Of a stretch of 64,000 nt of DNA, positions 51,701 through 64,000 are shown piece by piece. Position 1 is the stretch's first letter, and each line of letters opens with the position of its first letter. The stretch is taken from assembly GCA_002269645.1 (NCBI GenBank), contig NIVC01000576.1, positions 62,001 through 126,000 on the forward strand, given 5' to 3'. The DNA is from Macrostomum lignano. Lineage: Eukaryota. The notes beneath the pieces are model-generated. The model was not told the DNA's origin. It did not search any database and saw nothing but the letters and a program-made list of their open reading frames with translations. Made by a program: the position numbers and the translations under genes.

Positions 51701-54700
51701 AATTTAATGGTTGATCAAAAGACTGCAGCATTTGAAGAGGGCATGAGCTTACGTAACGCATTGCTAAAGATCGATTTTTATTTCCATTTACATTTGAATT
51801 TATATGCACAGATACCTTTGTAAAGCGTTAACTATAAACATTTTATTGCGAATGAGATATTGAAGTTGTACGCTCGAATAATGATTTATTCGGACTACAT
51901 TCGATTCAGATTCGATTCAGACACAAGTGGTCCTATATCTTCGGCAATTCAGATGGTCCTACACCTTCAGTTCAGATAGTTTGCACCTTCAGTTCAGATG
52001 GTTTGCACCTTCAGTTCAGATGGTTTGCACCTTCAGTTCAGATGGCCCTACACATTCGGTTCAGATGGTCCTACACCTTCAGTTCAGATGGTTTGCACCT
52101 TCAGTTCAGATGGTTTGCACCTTCAGTTCAGATGGTTTGCACCTTCAGTTCAGATGGTCCTACACCTTCAGTTCAGATGGTCCTACACCTTCAGTTCAGA
52201 TGGTCCTACACCTTCAGTTCAGATGGTCCTACACCTTCAGTTCAGATGGTCCTACACCTTCAGTTCAGATGGTCCTACACCTTCAGTTCAGATGGTCCTA
52301 CACCTTCAGTTCAGATGGTCCTACACCTTCAGTTCAGATGGTCCTACACCTTCAGTTCAGATGGTTTGCACCTTCAGTTCAGATGGTCCTACACTTTCAA
52401 TTCAGATGGTCCTACGCCTTCAGTTCAGATGGTTTGCACCTTCAGTTCAGATTTTCTGCACCTTCAGTTCAGATGGTCCTACACCTTCAGTTCAGATGGT
52501 CCTACACCTTCAGTTCAGATGGTCCTACACCTTCAGTTCAGATGGTCCTACACCTTCAGTTCAGATGGTCCTACACCTTCAGTTCAGATGGTCCTACACC
52601 TTCAGTTCAGATGGTTTGCACCTTCAGTTCAAATGGTTCTACACTTTCAATTCAGATGGTCCTACGCCTTCAGTTCAGATGGTTTGCACCTTCAGTTCAG
52701 ATTTTCTGCACCTTCAGTTCAGATGGTCCTACTGCACCTTCAGTTCAGATGGTCCTACACCTTCAGTTCAGATGGTCCTACTACACTTCAGTTCAGATGG
52801 TCCTACACCTTCAGTTCAGATAGTCCTACTACACTTCAGTTCAGATGGTCCTACACCTTCAGTTCAGATGGTCCTACTACACTTCAGTTCAGATGGTCCT
52901 ACACCTTCAGTTCAGATGGTCCTACACCTTCAGTTCAGATGGTTTGCACCTTCAGTTCAGATTTTTCTACACCTTCAATTCAGATGGTCCTACACCTTTA
53001 GTTCAGATGGTCCTACACCTTCAGTTCAGATGGTCCTACACCTTCAGTTCAGATTTTTCTACACCTTCAATTCAGATGGTCCTACACCTTTAGTTCAGAT
53101 TTTTCTGCAGCTTCAGTTCAGATGGTCCTACACCTTTAGTTCAGATTTTTCTGCAGCTTCAGTTCAGATGGTCCTACACCTTTAGTTCAGATTTTTCTGC
53201 AGCTTCAGTTCAGATGGTCCTACACCTTCAGTTCAGATGGTCCTACACCTTCAGTTCAGATGGTCCTACACCTTCAGTTCAGATGGTCCTACACCTTCAG
53301 TTCAGATGGTCCTACACCTTCAGTTCAGATGGTTTGCACCTTCAGTTCAAATGGTCCTACACTTTCAATTCAGATGGTCCTACGCCTTCAGTTCAGATGG
53401 TTTGCACCTTCAGTTCAGATTTTCTGCACCTTCAGTTCAGATGGTCCTACTGCACCTTCAGTTCAGATGGTCCTACTGCACCTTCAGTTCAGATGGTCCT
53501 ACACCTTCAGTTCAGATAGTCCTACTACACTTCAGTTCAGATGGTCCTACACCTTCAGTTCAGATAGTCCTACTACACTTCAGTTCAGATGGTCCTACAC
53601 CTTCAGTTCAGATGGTCCTACTACACTTCAGTTCAGATGGTCCTACACCTTCAGTTCAGATTTTTCTACACCTTCAATTCAGATGGTCCTACACCTTCAG
53701 TTCAGATGGTCCTACACCTTTAGTTCAGATTTTTCTGCAGCTTCAGTTCAGATGGTCCTACACCTTTAGTTCAGATTTTTCTGCACCTTCAGTTCAGATG
53801 GTCCTACACCTTCAGTTCAGATTTTTCTGCAGCTTCAGTTCAGATGGTCCTACACCTTCAGTTCAGATTTTTCTGCAGCTTCAGTTCAGATGGTCCTACA
53901 CCTTCAGTTCAGATTTTTCTGCAGCTTCAGTTCAGATGGTCCTACACCTTTAGTTCAGATTTTTCTGCACCTTCAGTTCAGATGGTCCTACACCTTTAGT
54001 TCAGATTTTTCTGCAGCTTCAGTTCAGATGGTCCTACACCTTTAGTTCAGATTTTTCTGCAGCTTCAGTTCAGATGGTCCTACACCTTTAGTACAGATTT
54101 TTCTACACCTTCAGTTCAGATGGTCCTACACCTTCAGTTCAGATAGTCCTACTACACTTCAGTTCAGATGGTCCTACACCTTCAGTTCAGATGGTCCTAC
54201 TACACTTCAGTTCAGATGGTCCTACACCTTCAGTTCAGATTTTTCTACACCTTCAATTCAGATGGTCCTACACCTTCAGTTCAGATGGTCCTACACCTTT
54301 AGTTCAGATGGTCCTACACCTTCAGTTCAGATGGTCCTACACCTTTAGTTCAGATTTTTCTGCAGCTTCAGTTCAGATGGTCCTACACCTTTAGTTCAGA
54401 TTTTTCTGCAGCTTCAGTTCAGATGGTCCTACACCTTCAGTTCAGATAGTCCTACTACACTTCAGTTCAGATGGTCCTACACCTTCAGTTCAGATGGTCC
54501 TACTACACTTCAGTTCAGATGGTCCTACACCTTCAGTTCAGATGGTTTGCACCTTCAGTTCAGATGGTCCTACACCTTCAGTTCAGATGGTCCTACACCT
54601 TCAGTTCAGATTTTTCTACACCTTCAATTCAGATGGTCCTACACCTTCAGTTCAGATGGTCCTACACCTTTAGTTCAGATGGTCCTACACCTTCAGTTCA

Positions 54701-56484
54701 GATGGTCCTACACCTTTAGTTCAGATTTTTCTGCACCTTCAGTTCAGATGGTCCTACACCTTTAGTTCAGATTTTTCTGCAGCTTCAGTTCAGATGGTCC
54801 TACACCTTTAGTTCAGATTTTTCTGCAGCTTCAGTTCAGATGGTCCTACACCTTCAGTTCAGATTTTTCTGCAGCTTCAGTTCAGATGGTCCTACACCTT
54901 CAGTTCAGATTTTTCTGCAGCTTCAGTTCAGATGGTCCTACACCTTTAGTTCAGATTTTTCTGCAGCTTCAGTTCAGATGGTCCTACACCTTCAGTTCAG
55001 ATTTTTCTGCAGCTTCAGTTCAGATGGTCCTACACCTTCAGTTCAGATTTTTCTGCAGCTTCAGTTCAGATGGTCCTACACCTTTAGTACAGATTTTTCT
55101 ACACCTTCAGTTCAGATGGTCCTACACCTTCAGTTCAGATAGTCCTACTACACTTCAGTTCAGATGGTCCTACACCTTCAGTTCAGATGGTCCTACTACA
55201 CTTCAGTTCAGATGGTCCTACACCTTCAGTTCAGATTTTTCTACACCTTCAATTCAGATGGTCCTACACCTTCAGTTCAGATGGTCCTACACCTTTAGTT
55301 CAGATTTTTCTGCAGCTTCAGTTCAGATGGTCCTACACCTTCAGTTCAGATTTTTCTGCAGCTTCAGTTCAGATGGTCCTACACCTTCAGTTCAGATTTT
55401 TCTGCAGCTTCAGTTCAGATGGTCCTACACCTTTAGTACAGATTTTTCTACACCTTCAGTTCAGATGGTCCTACACCTTCAGTTCAGATAGTCCTACTAC
55501 ACTTCAGTTCAGATGGTCCTACACCTTCAGTTCAGATGGTCCTACTACACTTCAGTTCAGATGGTCCTACACCTTCAGTTCAGATTTTTCTACACCTTCA
55601 ATTCAGATGGTCCTACACCTTCAGTTCAGATGGTCCTACACCTTTAGTTCAGATGGTCCTACACCTTCAGTTCAGATGGTCCTACACCTTTAGTTCAGAT
55701 TTTTCTGCAGCTTCAGTTCAGATGGTCCTACACCTTTAGTTCAGATTTTTCTGCAGCTTCAGTTCAGATGGTCCTACACCTTTAGTACAGATTTTTCTAC
55801 ACCTTCAGTTCAGATGGTCCTACACCTTCAGTTCAGATAGTCCTACTACACTTCAGTTCAGATGGTCCTACACCTTCAGTTCAGATGGTCCTACTACACT
55901 TCAGTTCAGATGGTCCTACACCTTCAGTTCAGATGGTTTGCACCTTCAGTTCAGATGGTCCTACACCTTTAGTTCAGATGGTCCTACACCTTCAGTTCAG
56001 ATGGTCCTACACCTTTAGTTCAGATTTTTCTGCAGCTTCAGTTCAGATGGTCCTACACCTTTATTTCAGATTTTTCTGCAGCTTCAGTTCAGATGGTCCT
56101 ACACCTTTAGTTCAGATTTTTCTGCAGCTTCAGTTCAGATGGTCCTACACCTTCAGTTCAGATGCAAAAGTTTCATACATTTGGGTTACAGTTGTTTGGA
56201 TCTTACTCTACACATGTTCTTCTACTGCGATCCTTGCGCGAGCACTTCTTTATTAGAATTTCTAGGCTAAATTCTGTTCAGAAGAAGAATAGCGACACAG
56301 AATGCGCAATCGCATGGTTTCATTTGGAGTTTCATGCATAAAACTATAGCAATTTAAACAATAGACTGCTCTTTAACAATCAGAACTTACCAGTGCAGAT
56401 AGCGGCATAGCAAGGAATTATGTACATTAATCTCTGGTAAAGTCCAAAATCACCTAACAAGGTAACAATCTCTTCAAACTTCAT
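48714..56484 (-). CDS. SLC22 organic cation transporter-like MFS protein, copy 1. Nine exons (56484-56391, 51692-51427, 51356-51247, 50893-50739, 50633-50465, 50224-49991, 49687-49279, 49206-49046, 48792-48714); 558 aa
   Basis: [17 protein letters not shown]; CSDGWVYD; FVC; ISDKFGRR; EFVGP; PESPRWL; [14 protein letters not shown]; [11 protein letters not shown]. The exon sum of 1677 nt is in frame. Confidence 0.93.
51925..56162. repeat. 23-bp minisatellite (ttcagttcagatggtcctacacc), about 4.2 kb, in SLC22 copy 1 intron 1
   Basis: Unit read directly, with ttttctgcagc variants enriched in the right half. Confidence 0.98.
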
Positions 56485-57071
56485 TGCATCGGGTAAATTT
56501 GAACTCGAAAATTTATTCTTTTTTCTCTCAGTGTCTTTTTCAGGTTAATTAAAGCCTCCCGCACGCTTTCTTTGGATAATACTGTCTTTATGTGACTTCT
56601 CTAAGAGTTTATTGCTATCTTAACAATTTGCGCCTGAGTCTCCCAGTGGTGGTCCAAAGGTCACGAATTTAGCCTGCTCGAGCTCCAAACTCGCATTCCA
56701 AAAATAGTCTAATCTTTTTTTGGAAAAGGCCTCAAAGTGCACTAAGAGACATCAAGTCCTCTGCTCTGTTCTGCTTCAGTTTAAGTTTAAACGTGGACGT
56801 TGATATACCAGGACTGCCCCTAGCCACTGGTGTCACACGTAACATGCACAGTTTAATTTAGAAGTCAAACTTATTTTCAGTAAGATCTCAAATTTTAACA
56901 TACAGCTGGGAGTCCGAATACTGTGCCTGTTAAGTTTTTATGCAAGTATTAGCTTTACGCGCTGTTTCTTGGTATTGATGCATATCAAAAAGGTACCTTA
57001 TCAATTAATAGCCCCAATTTCAAGTCAGTGGCTTGAGCAGCATGTTCTATCGGTGTTTAATTCTCTAATAC

Positions 57072-57470
57072 GGACGACATCGAGGCTGCGATTTTGTGCC
57101 GATGCGCTGATGGACAGGCGACAGAGCTTCCGCCTTGTCAGCAGTTCGTCTACCTCGGCGGTCTGGTTCCCGGCGTCCGCGAGGATCTGCGGCGTCGCCG
57201 CGGGCTTGCATGGGCTGCCTTTCGTTCTGTGAGGGCTGCAGTCCTGAAGTCCGAGGCCTTACCTGACCGCCAGAGGGCGGCGTTGTTCCAGGCGGTGATT
57301 GAGACAGTCCTGCTGTACAACGTCGAGACCTGGACGCTGACGGAGTCGCTCGAGCAACAAGTTGACGCGGCGCACGCTGGCCTGCTGCGCGCCGCCTTCA
57401 AGATCGGCTACGAGGGAGTGACCTACGAGGCTTTGTATCACCGCACTGGCCTGAGGCGTCTCATTTTTTT
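57072..57470 (+). mobile_element. RTE-like non-LTR retrotransposon fragment (region C-terminal to the RT core)
   Basis: FVYLGG..EDLRRRRGLAWAAF..AVIETVLLYNVETWTL is typical of the post-RT region of RTE-clade LINEs. It is homologous to 62903-63240. Confidence 0.8.
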
Positions 57471-58766
57471 CTGCAAAAGACGGACAGACTCTGTTCATCC
57501 AACAATCATCAGCCAGTATGAAAAAAGCAAGAAGTGTCGTCACCAACAAAAGTTCAAGCTGGTATCACGGCGTCAGAGGTTGCTAGGGCCCCCTCTTTTG
57601 GTAAAGTGCATCATACAGCTGTCGCAATGCCGCTGCTGACCAAAAAAGCAATCGTGACAGGCGTCTGCAACGTGCAAAGCCCTCAAGATGAACTTCGATC
57701 AAGGTGATCCTGTTTACAGACGAGCCACGCTGGATGGCTCCTAGAGCCATTTCCTGACTGAGTGCGTCATAACAAAGAGGCGGTAGCATCATGACCTGGA
57801 AGGCATCATTGAAAGCACTGTTGTGGGGCTGTTCCTACATGAAGTTCCTGATGGGTAAATATCAAATCGGCGTGGAGACGATCTTCGTTTATTGCTTGCG
57901 TCAGGTGTAAAAAGGTATGCATTCCAGAGCAAGCGAATCCTCATCCACGATAATCATTAGTGTTTTCATTACGTTCGAACGCGTTTGAGCTCACCACAAG
58001 AGATTCGTTTTTCACTTTTGCCTCAAAGAAATGAACATTAGACGGAGGATCCGTAAGGTAACTTCTTCACAAAATCACAGCATTTTTTAAATCGCAGTTC
58101 CCGTCTGTAACTTACCAATGTCAATATCACTATTGCCTCCACTGCCCCTGTCCCTGATACTGTTACCTCTACTGCTCAATCGCCCGTTTGCTGTCCCTTC
58201 CGGAGCTCAGTATATTGTCACTCTCCGTGTCAGAGCCACTGCCACTGCTACCGATATTGACAAATCTTATTCACACTCACTACGACGTACGTAATTTCTT
58301 CGATTGCCGTCACAGTCAGTCACAGTTTCTACTGCTGTCAACGCCGCCACTTTCACTGTCACTGTTTACTGTCGCCATCGCAGTCACTTAAACAAAAGTT
58401 ACTGTCAGAACCTCTGTCTCTGTAACATGTCTTGCAATCGTCCAAATCACGCCGCTGAAAGCCTTCTACGCATGGAAAAAAGTAGAAATCAATTCAAAAT
58501 AAAATACTTTGACTTACTCAAACTCTAAAAGCGCTAGCGATACGGTTTCAATCAGAACAAAACACAACGCATAATTTACAAAGCAGTTGTTTTGGCTTCA
58601 ATTTACTGACACAAGATGTGTTTCCTTGATTGGCCTCCTCGATTACCCGGAGCACAATCATTGGCTCCTTAGTCAATAATAAATATTTACAATACAGTAT
58701 TGGCTTTAATTTAACGCATTTAGAAAATATTTCTGAGTTGGTTCTGATTTATTAGCAGATATTACA

Positions 58767-61540
58767 CTAAAACGCAGAATCTCCATTTGCATTTTCGTCG
58801 ACCGCCTGCTGCTCTTTGATCTCCTTGCCGACGTCTTGTGGCTCAACGGTGGCCCTACTGTGAGAACAAGGGATTTTCGAGGATGCGAGTGAGTAAGCGA
58901 GTAAGTAGTGAGTGAGTAAGCGAGCGCTGCAGCCTCACCTCCTCCAAGCCGCCAGCCTCCGGCAGTCCTCCAGCGTCTCAGGCAGCTCAATGCCCAGCGT
59001 CTCCGGCAGCAGCAGCGATGTCAGGCCGGCCAGCAAGGCGAGGCAGCCGGAGATCAGCAGCGGCAGGGCGGTGCCAAAGGAGCTGGCGATGAACTTGCGC
59101 TGCGGGGTTGTGGGTGTGTTCGAAGGTTTCAGATTCTTGGGCATTCGAAACTCAGAACTATGCGTTTCAAAGCATGACTGCAGCCTTTAAACCTTGGATC
59201 GGAGACCTAGCAGGTCTTACTCAGGCCTTACCATATCTGCCAGGAAGGGACTCAGCAAGTCTCACTCAGGCCTCACCATATCTGCCAGGAAAGGAGCCAG
59301 AAGTGTCCCAACTCGGCCCGCAGTGCTGGAACACCCCACAGCCATCTGTCGCACTCCGGTGTGGAACATCTCTGCAGTCCAAAGAAACACAACGCCGAAC
59401 GCGGATGTGATTCCGATTTTCCCCAGCATCGCGAGCGTCACCAGCAGCCAGTCCAAGCCGCCGTCGGCTGGTCCGAACAGCTCACGAAGATGGTGCTGCA
59501 CAGGGCTGCGGCAGCGAGGAACATGCTGCCCGCGTGAGTGACTCGTCGACCAAGGCGACCCGCCAGAGCGTGCGGCACTACGTAGCCGATCAGCTCAGCC
59601 AAGGCGTTGAGAAACGAAGTCAGGTAGATGTCGCCAGGTAGGTTTCCGGAGCTCAGACTGAGGCCATAGTACACTAGAGCGATCACCCACCTATGACAGG
59701 CGGTTACAATACGCTTGTACAGGGAAGGACATAAAATTATTGTTCTTAGAACTGAGGCCAAGGAATCTCATGATCAAGCTGCTCACCACTGCAGGAACAT
59801 GTTCATAGTCATCAGCGCTGTCTGCCTATTGGTGAAAACTCGAAGGAAGCTCGTCTGCTCGGAGCTGTCCGCAGCGGACGAAGTTGGTGACGAGCGGTCG
59901 CTGTCGTCAGCGGACTCGCTGTCTGGCGTCTTGGAGACATTCTCGCTTGGCGGCCTCAGCTCCAGATCCGTGGGCAGCTCGACGCCGTTGACTTTGGCCG
60001 CCTTTCTGATCAAAGCCTCGGCCTCAGCCAACCGGCCTCTTGAGATCAGCCAGCGCGGCGACTCGACGAGTAGCCTGCGGAAGGATTGACGGACTGGATT
60101 AATAAGACTCATTCAACGGTTCCACGTCACTTCCTGTCTTTTGCTCTGCCCTGTCGGTCTAGACCTCTTACCAAATAAGAAGAATGGAGAAGAGCGATAA
60201 AGCGCTGACTGCAATGTTTAGCCAACGCCAGTAGCGCAGCAGGTAAGCAATGCCGACCAGGAGTATCAAGCCGAAAGCGTACGCGTATTCAATAACAATA
60301 CCAGCGTGGATTCGAGCCTGGGGACCGATGAACTCAACACCTTTAAGCGGATAGAGCAGGCTAAGACTTAATGCCCATTCAATTTTCTTCATCTAATGCA
60401 AAACATTCGGTATTTACTTACCCACGACGAAACTGGTGGTGAAAGTGCTGGAACAGCCAACTCCAACTAGAAACCGAAGCACCCAAAACGAATACGGATC
60501 CGAGGAAACGCTGGACGCCAGACCCGACAGGCCCATGATCAGCATGGATCCAATTAGCACAGGTTTTCTACCAAACCTGTTCAGATTGCAATGTATCTTT
60601 TAAACAAGGTGAAACTAACACAGACAGGTAGATAGTTCACTTTACTGACCGATCCGACAGAATCCCGGACATCCAGGCTCCAATCAGGACGCCAATAAGC
60701 TGACTCTGAACCAGAGTGGTGACCAGAACCTCCTTGCCCGAGTCGCATACGTAGTTCAGCTAGTAATAAAGGTAAAATATTTTGACTAATTTTCCTGAAG
60801 AATGAATGCCCGGTCACCCATCTCTCTCCGTTCTATCTTCAGTAACATTCCGTGCTCACCTCAGACGGAAACGTGTCAATAAACTCGGACTTGTCGAACA
60901 CGAATCCTGCTGAGCAGCCGGTCGTTGAGTTGGTGCCGTTGCCACTGTTCAGACTGCACGCCTCGAAGCAGTCCGCTGCGCCAGGAACTGCACATCCGGG
61001 TCTCTTGAGCGGGACGTCCGCTTCAATCAGACTCGAGTTGATGCCCCAGTGATCGGCTGGGCCGAGACGAGGCACCCGACAGCGATGCTTGGGGACGTTG
61101 AGGATGTAGACCAGGATTATTGTGGAAAAACCTTGTGAATATTAACAAAAAATATCTCAAAATTCAATCTACGAACCACCTCACAAGACCCTAAACACGG
61201 TTTCCTAACAAGTTCACTGAAAACTGCAACACTCTAAATCGCAGACGCTGAAACGCCTTGAACCCCGAGCTACTTTGCACCTAAACCTACATGTAAAATT
61301 GAAATAAAAAACCCTGAAACATGCTATACACCCTACACACTACGTCTTCAGTTAAACACCTCAAACCAAGACTATTAAACCTCTCACTAACTTCAATGCC
61401 TTAAAATATCGGTCACTCTAAATATTTAAATAAAATCGAGTCTCACTGCAACAGACGGCGGCATAGCAGGCCAGCAGATATTGGATCTTCTGAAATCGAC
61501 CAAAGGAGCCAATCTTTTCGATAATATCGTCCAGAGACAT
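58767..61540 (-). CDS. SLC22 organic cation transporter-like protein, copy 2. Nine exons (61540-61447, 61131-60860, 60759-60650, 60576-60422, 60340-60172, 60074-59787, 59690-59277, 59099-58939, 58857-58767); 584 aa if one G is restored at about 59483
   Basis: Same motifs and same intron positions as copy 1 (shared exon sizes 94, 110, 155, 169, 161 nt). There is one frameshift in exon 7. Confidence 0.9.
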
Positions 61541-62265
61541 TTTTCAAGACAGTTGAATGCAAGAATGTACTATTCAGCTTAGGTGTCAAGGAGTTCTGCC
61601 CGACAGAATAGCGAGTGCGTTCATATTTGCAATGCTAACAGCTTTATTTATTACATTGACAATAATATCTTTAACGGAATTCTCCAAGGAATTCTGCTAA
61701 GTAAAATGTACGCGGCTCTAGTTTTTACTTCACTGCTCAGAGCTCCTCATTGAGAGGTCGAGCATTTTTTGGAAATTTCCATAAAGGAAAGTATATCGAA
61801 ATTCGACAGCTCAAGCGGTCTCTTATCAATGCAGCTATTGATCGTTTAAAAAAATTCATTGACACATGAAATTGAAATGGTGGGGCACAGTTACCGATCT
61901 TTTCCCTTATCTTTCTATCTGACAGCTAAACTAATTCATTCCGAATTCGTGGTAGCAACCAATTTCATTCTGCCTTTTTTACTAGTATACATGCTCATAA
62001 TAGCTTATTTAAGCCTTTTTTCTCAAGTGCTCGTGAATTATGCATACTGATCGTTAGGGAATTTTTTTGTTTTAATCGCTAAACAGAAAATTTAATCACA
62101 TTTTGAACTTCTGAAGCCGTGTTTTTAAAGACTCCAAACTTTTCTCCGAAGTTTGATCCTTGTATGGTGGCTGGGTGGGTCTTACAATTTTAATGTGGAT
62201 CTTAATTCGGTTTCGAAGAAGCCGGGCACCACAAGGCTAAAGAGCATCAAGGCATCTATCTGTCT

Positions 62266-63250
62266 TCAGTCCTTCGCTGGAAAACCGTTCAACCGGATGC
62301 TGTCTCGCGGTTGAAGCCCGTGCTGGATCCGTACCTGCGTCCTGAGCAAAAGGGGTTCCGGACCCATCGCCGCACATTGGCGCAGAACCTGGCTGTTTGC
62401 CGAGCCATCGACAAGGAGCGGATAGTCGATCCTGATTGCTATCTTTGTTGATTTCAATATGGCATTCGACTCAGTTGTCAATGCCGTGCTGAAAATCGTG
62501 CTCCGCGCGTAAAACGCACTAGAGCAGCTGATTTCCGCCATAATGGCGAAATACTTCGACACAAAAGCTGCTGTGTCAATAACAAACAGCCTATCGGACT
62601 TCTTCAAGACATCCCCGAGACGCTTCAGGGAGATACGCCAGAGTCGTCCCTGTTCGTTCTGGTGCTTGACTGGGGAGGGGGGCGGCGGACTGCTCACCCT
62701 TCTAATGACGACTGCTTTCTGCTGCAGCGACGCGTGGGTCGACGTTAACCGGAGAGGCAGCTCAGCGTACTTGGCTACGCCGAAGATCTCAACTTGCTGT
62801 CCTCGAACATCCAGTGCGACCAGCGACAGCTGCACAGGCTGGTGCTGTTGCGGCGAGTGTCGGTCTGGTTTTTAACAGTCAAAAGACTGTCGTGCTCTTC
62901 CCGCCGCGACTTCGAGGCTGCAATTTTGTGCCAAGGCGCTGACAAAACTTCCACGATATACATCGGCGGTCTGGTTCCTGAAGCACGGGAAGATTTGCGG
63001 CGTCGCCGAGGGCTTGCCAGGGCTGCCTTTCCTTCTGTGATTGCGATCCTGCAGTCAAAGCCCTACATGTACCTGACCTCCAGTGGGCGGCGTTGTTCCA
63101 GGTAGTTGTCGAAACCGTCCTGCTCTATAAGGGTGTGACTTGGATGCTGATGGATTTGCTCGAGCAGCAAGTTGACACGGCGAACGCTGTCCTGCTGTGC
63201 GCCGCCTTTAAGATGGGAACGAGTGAACCACTAACATCGACGCGCCAGCA
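62266..63250 (+). mobile_element. Decayed RTE-like LINE reverse transcriptase fragment
   Basis: Piecewise translation gives PYLRPEQKGFR, AIFVDFNMAFDSV, QGDT..SLFVLVLD, LGYAEDL (YADD box, altered) and IGGLVPEAREDLRRRRGL, broken by frameshifts. Confidence 0.88.
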
Positions 63251-63952
63251 ACAGTCCGTCCAAGCAGACGGCAGCTCCAGCTGGCAGGCAACACCATTTG
63301 TGCCTGTTTTCGCGCTCAAGCCCTCAGGCAAGCCCTGTGATGTTGTTTTCACTGTTAATTTCAGGTCACTGACACTATCATCTGTCAAATGTCACGGCAT
63401 ACCCCGATAAAGTGACACTCTAAAAAGGTCTCGAACACCTACTGAATTATCACGACTATTCAAAAATTCATTCTCTAGCGTTTTAAACAGTGTTTGACAA
63501 CAGTCTGTAAACAAGAGCTTATCTGTTAATCAGCGTTAAGCATAGTAAAGATTTCAAGAGGCACCGTGCCGGGGCGTTTTCCCGTTTTTCTGAAAAAAGT
63601 TCAGACTTCTTCATTTTAACGTCGACGCCTTTGCCATCAACAGAATTGTGGATTTTCATTAACGATGCCCGTATTGGTAGCTCGTATTGGTAAGGCAATT
63701 TCAATTATGCCAGCAGATTGTATTTTTTAAACTGACCACTCATCGCGCCACTGTTTCAATCGACATAAAAAATCGAACAGCTATATATTTACACAGCAGT
63801 TGCTTCAGTTTAAAATATTGTTTAACCGCATCGCACATTATCCTTAACAGCGCAAGATAAGAATATATTCGTTTGGAATATGGCTCAATGCGGAAACATT
63901 CCAACAAATCTTCTCTCGAATTCTCCGTATCGTGTTATTGTAAGCCGATGAA

Positions 63953-64000
63953 CTAGACCGCCGAATCTCTATTTGCATTTTCGTCGACCGCCTGCTGTTC
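63953..64000 (-). CDS. Terminal coding exon of a probable third SLC22 paralogue (continues beyond the window)
   Basis: [15 protein letters not shown] is nearly identical to the copy 2 end [15 protein letters not shown] (58767-58815). Confidence 0.8.
   Translation of the reverse strand, partial: EQQAVDENANRDSAV

Noticed and set aside
57480-58060. Minus-strand LMIIVDE resembling a helicase Walker B motif
   Set aside because: A single short motif among many stops, with no other helicase motifs recognised.

Overview
Animal (eukaryotic) genomic DNA with GC-rich spliced exons and AT-rich or minisatellite-filled introns. The style resembles a free-living flatworm such as Macrostomum, but that is inference and was not tested. 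Genes reconstructed by hand with GT-AG junctions and consistent phases: ASCC1 (+), a secreted WSC + PAN/apple-like protein (-), TCTE1/DRC5 (+, with an upstream RFX X-box), a divergent ZIP/SLC39 transporter (+), a small TIR-fold-like protein (-), WDHD1/And-1 (-), and a tandem SLC22 array (-; two full copies and the last exon of a third). Roughly 35-40% of the window (rough sum) is tandem repeat, in about 20 distinct families. Mobile DNA includes a tRNA-headed SINE-like family (3 copies), RTE-type LINE fragments, an hAT MITE, a 3.07-kb element with 80-bp TIRs and an 8-bp TSD, and Helitron-like ends. The most interesting signal is in the WSC-PAN gene. Intron 1 appears to be a TIR element whose ends supply both splice sites in frame (Introner-like). 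A second TIR element in exon 3 also carries in-frame cryptic splice sites. The palindrome TACATGTA is over-represented and is consistent with Tc1/mariner excision footprints. All long repeat ORFs in the track, except possibly the 78-bp array, are treated as artefacts.
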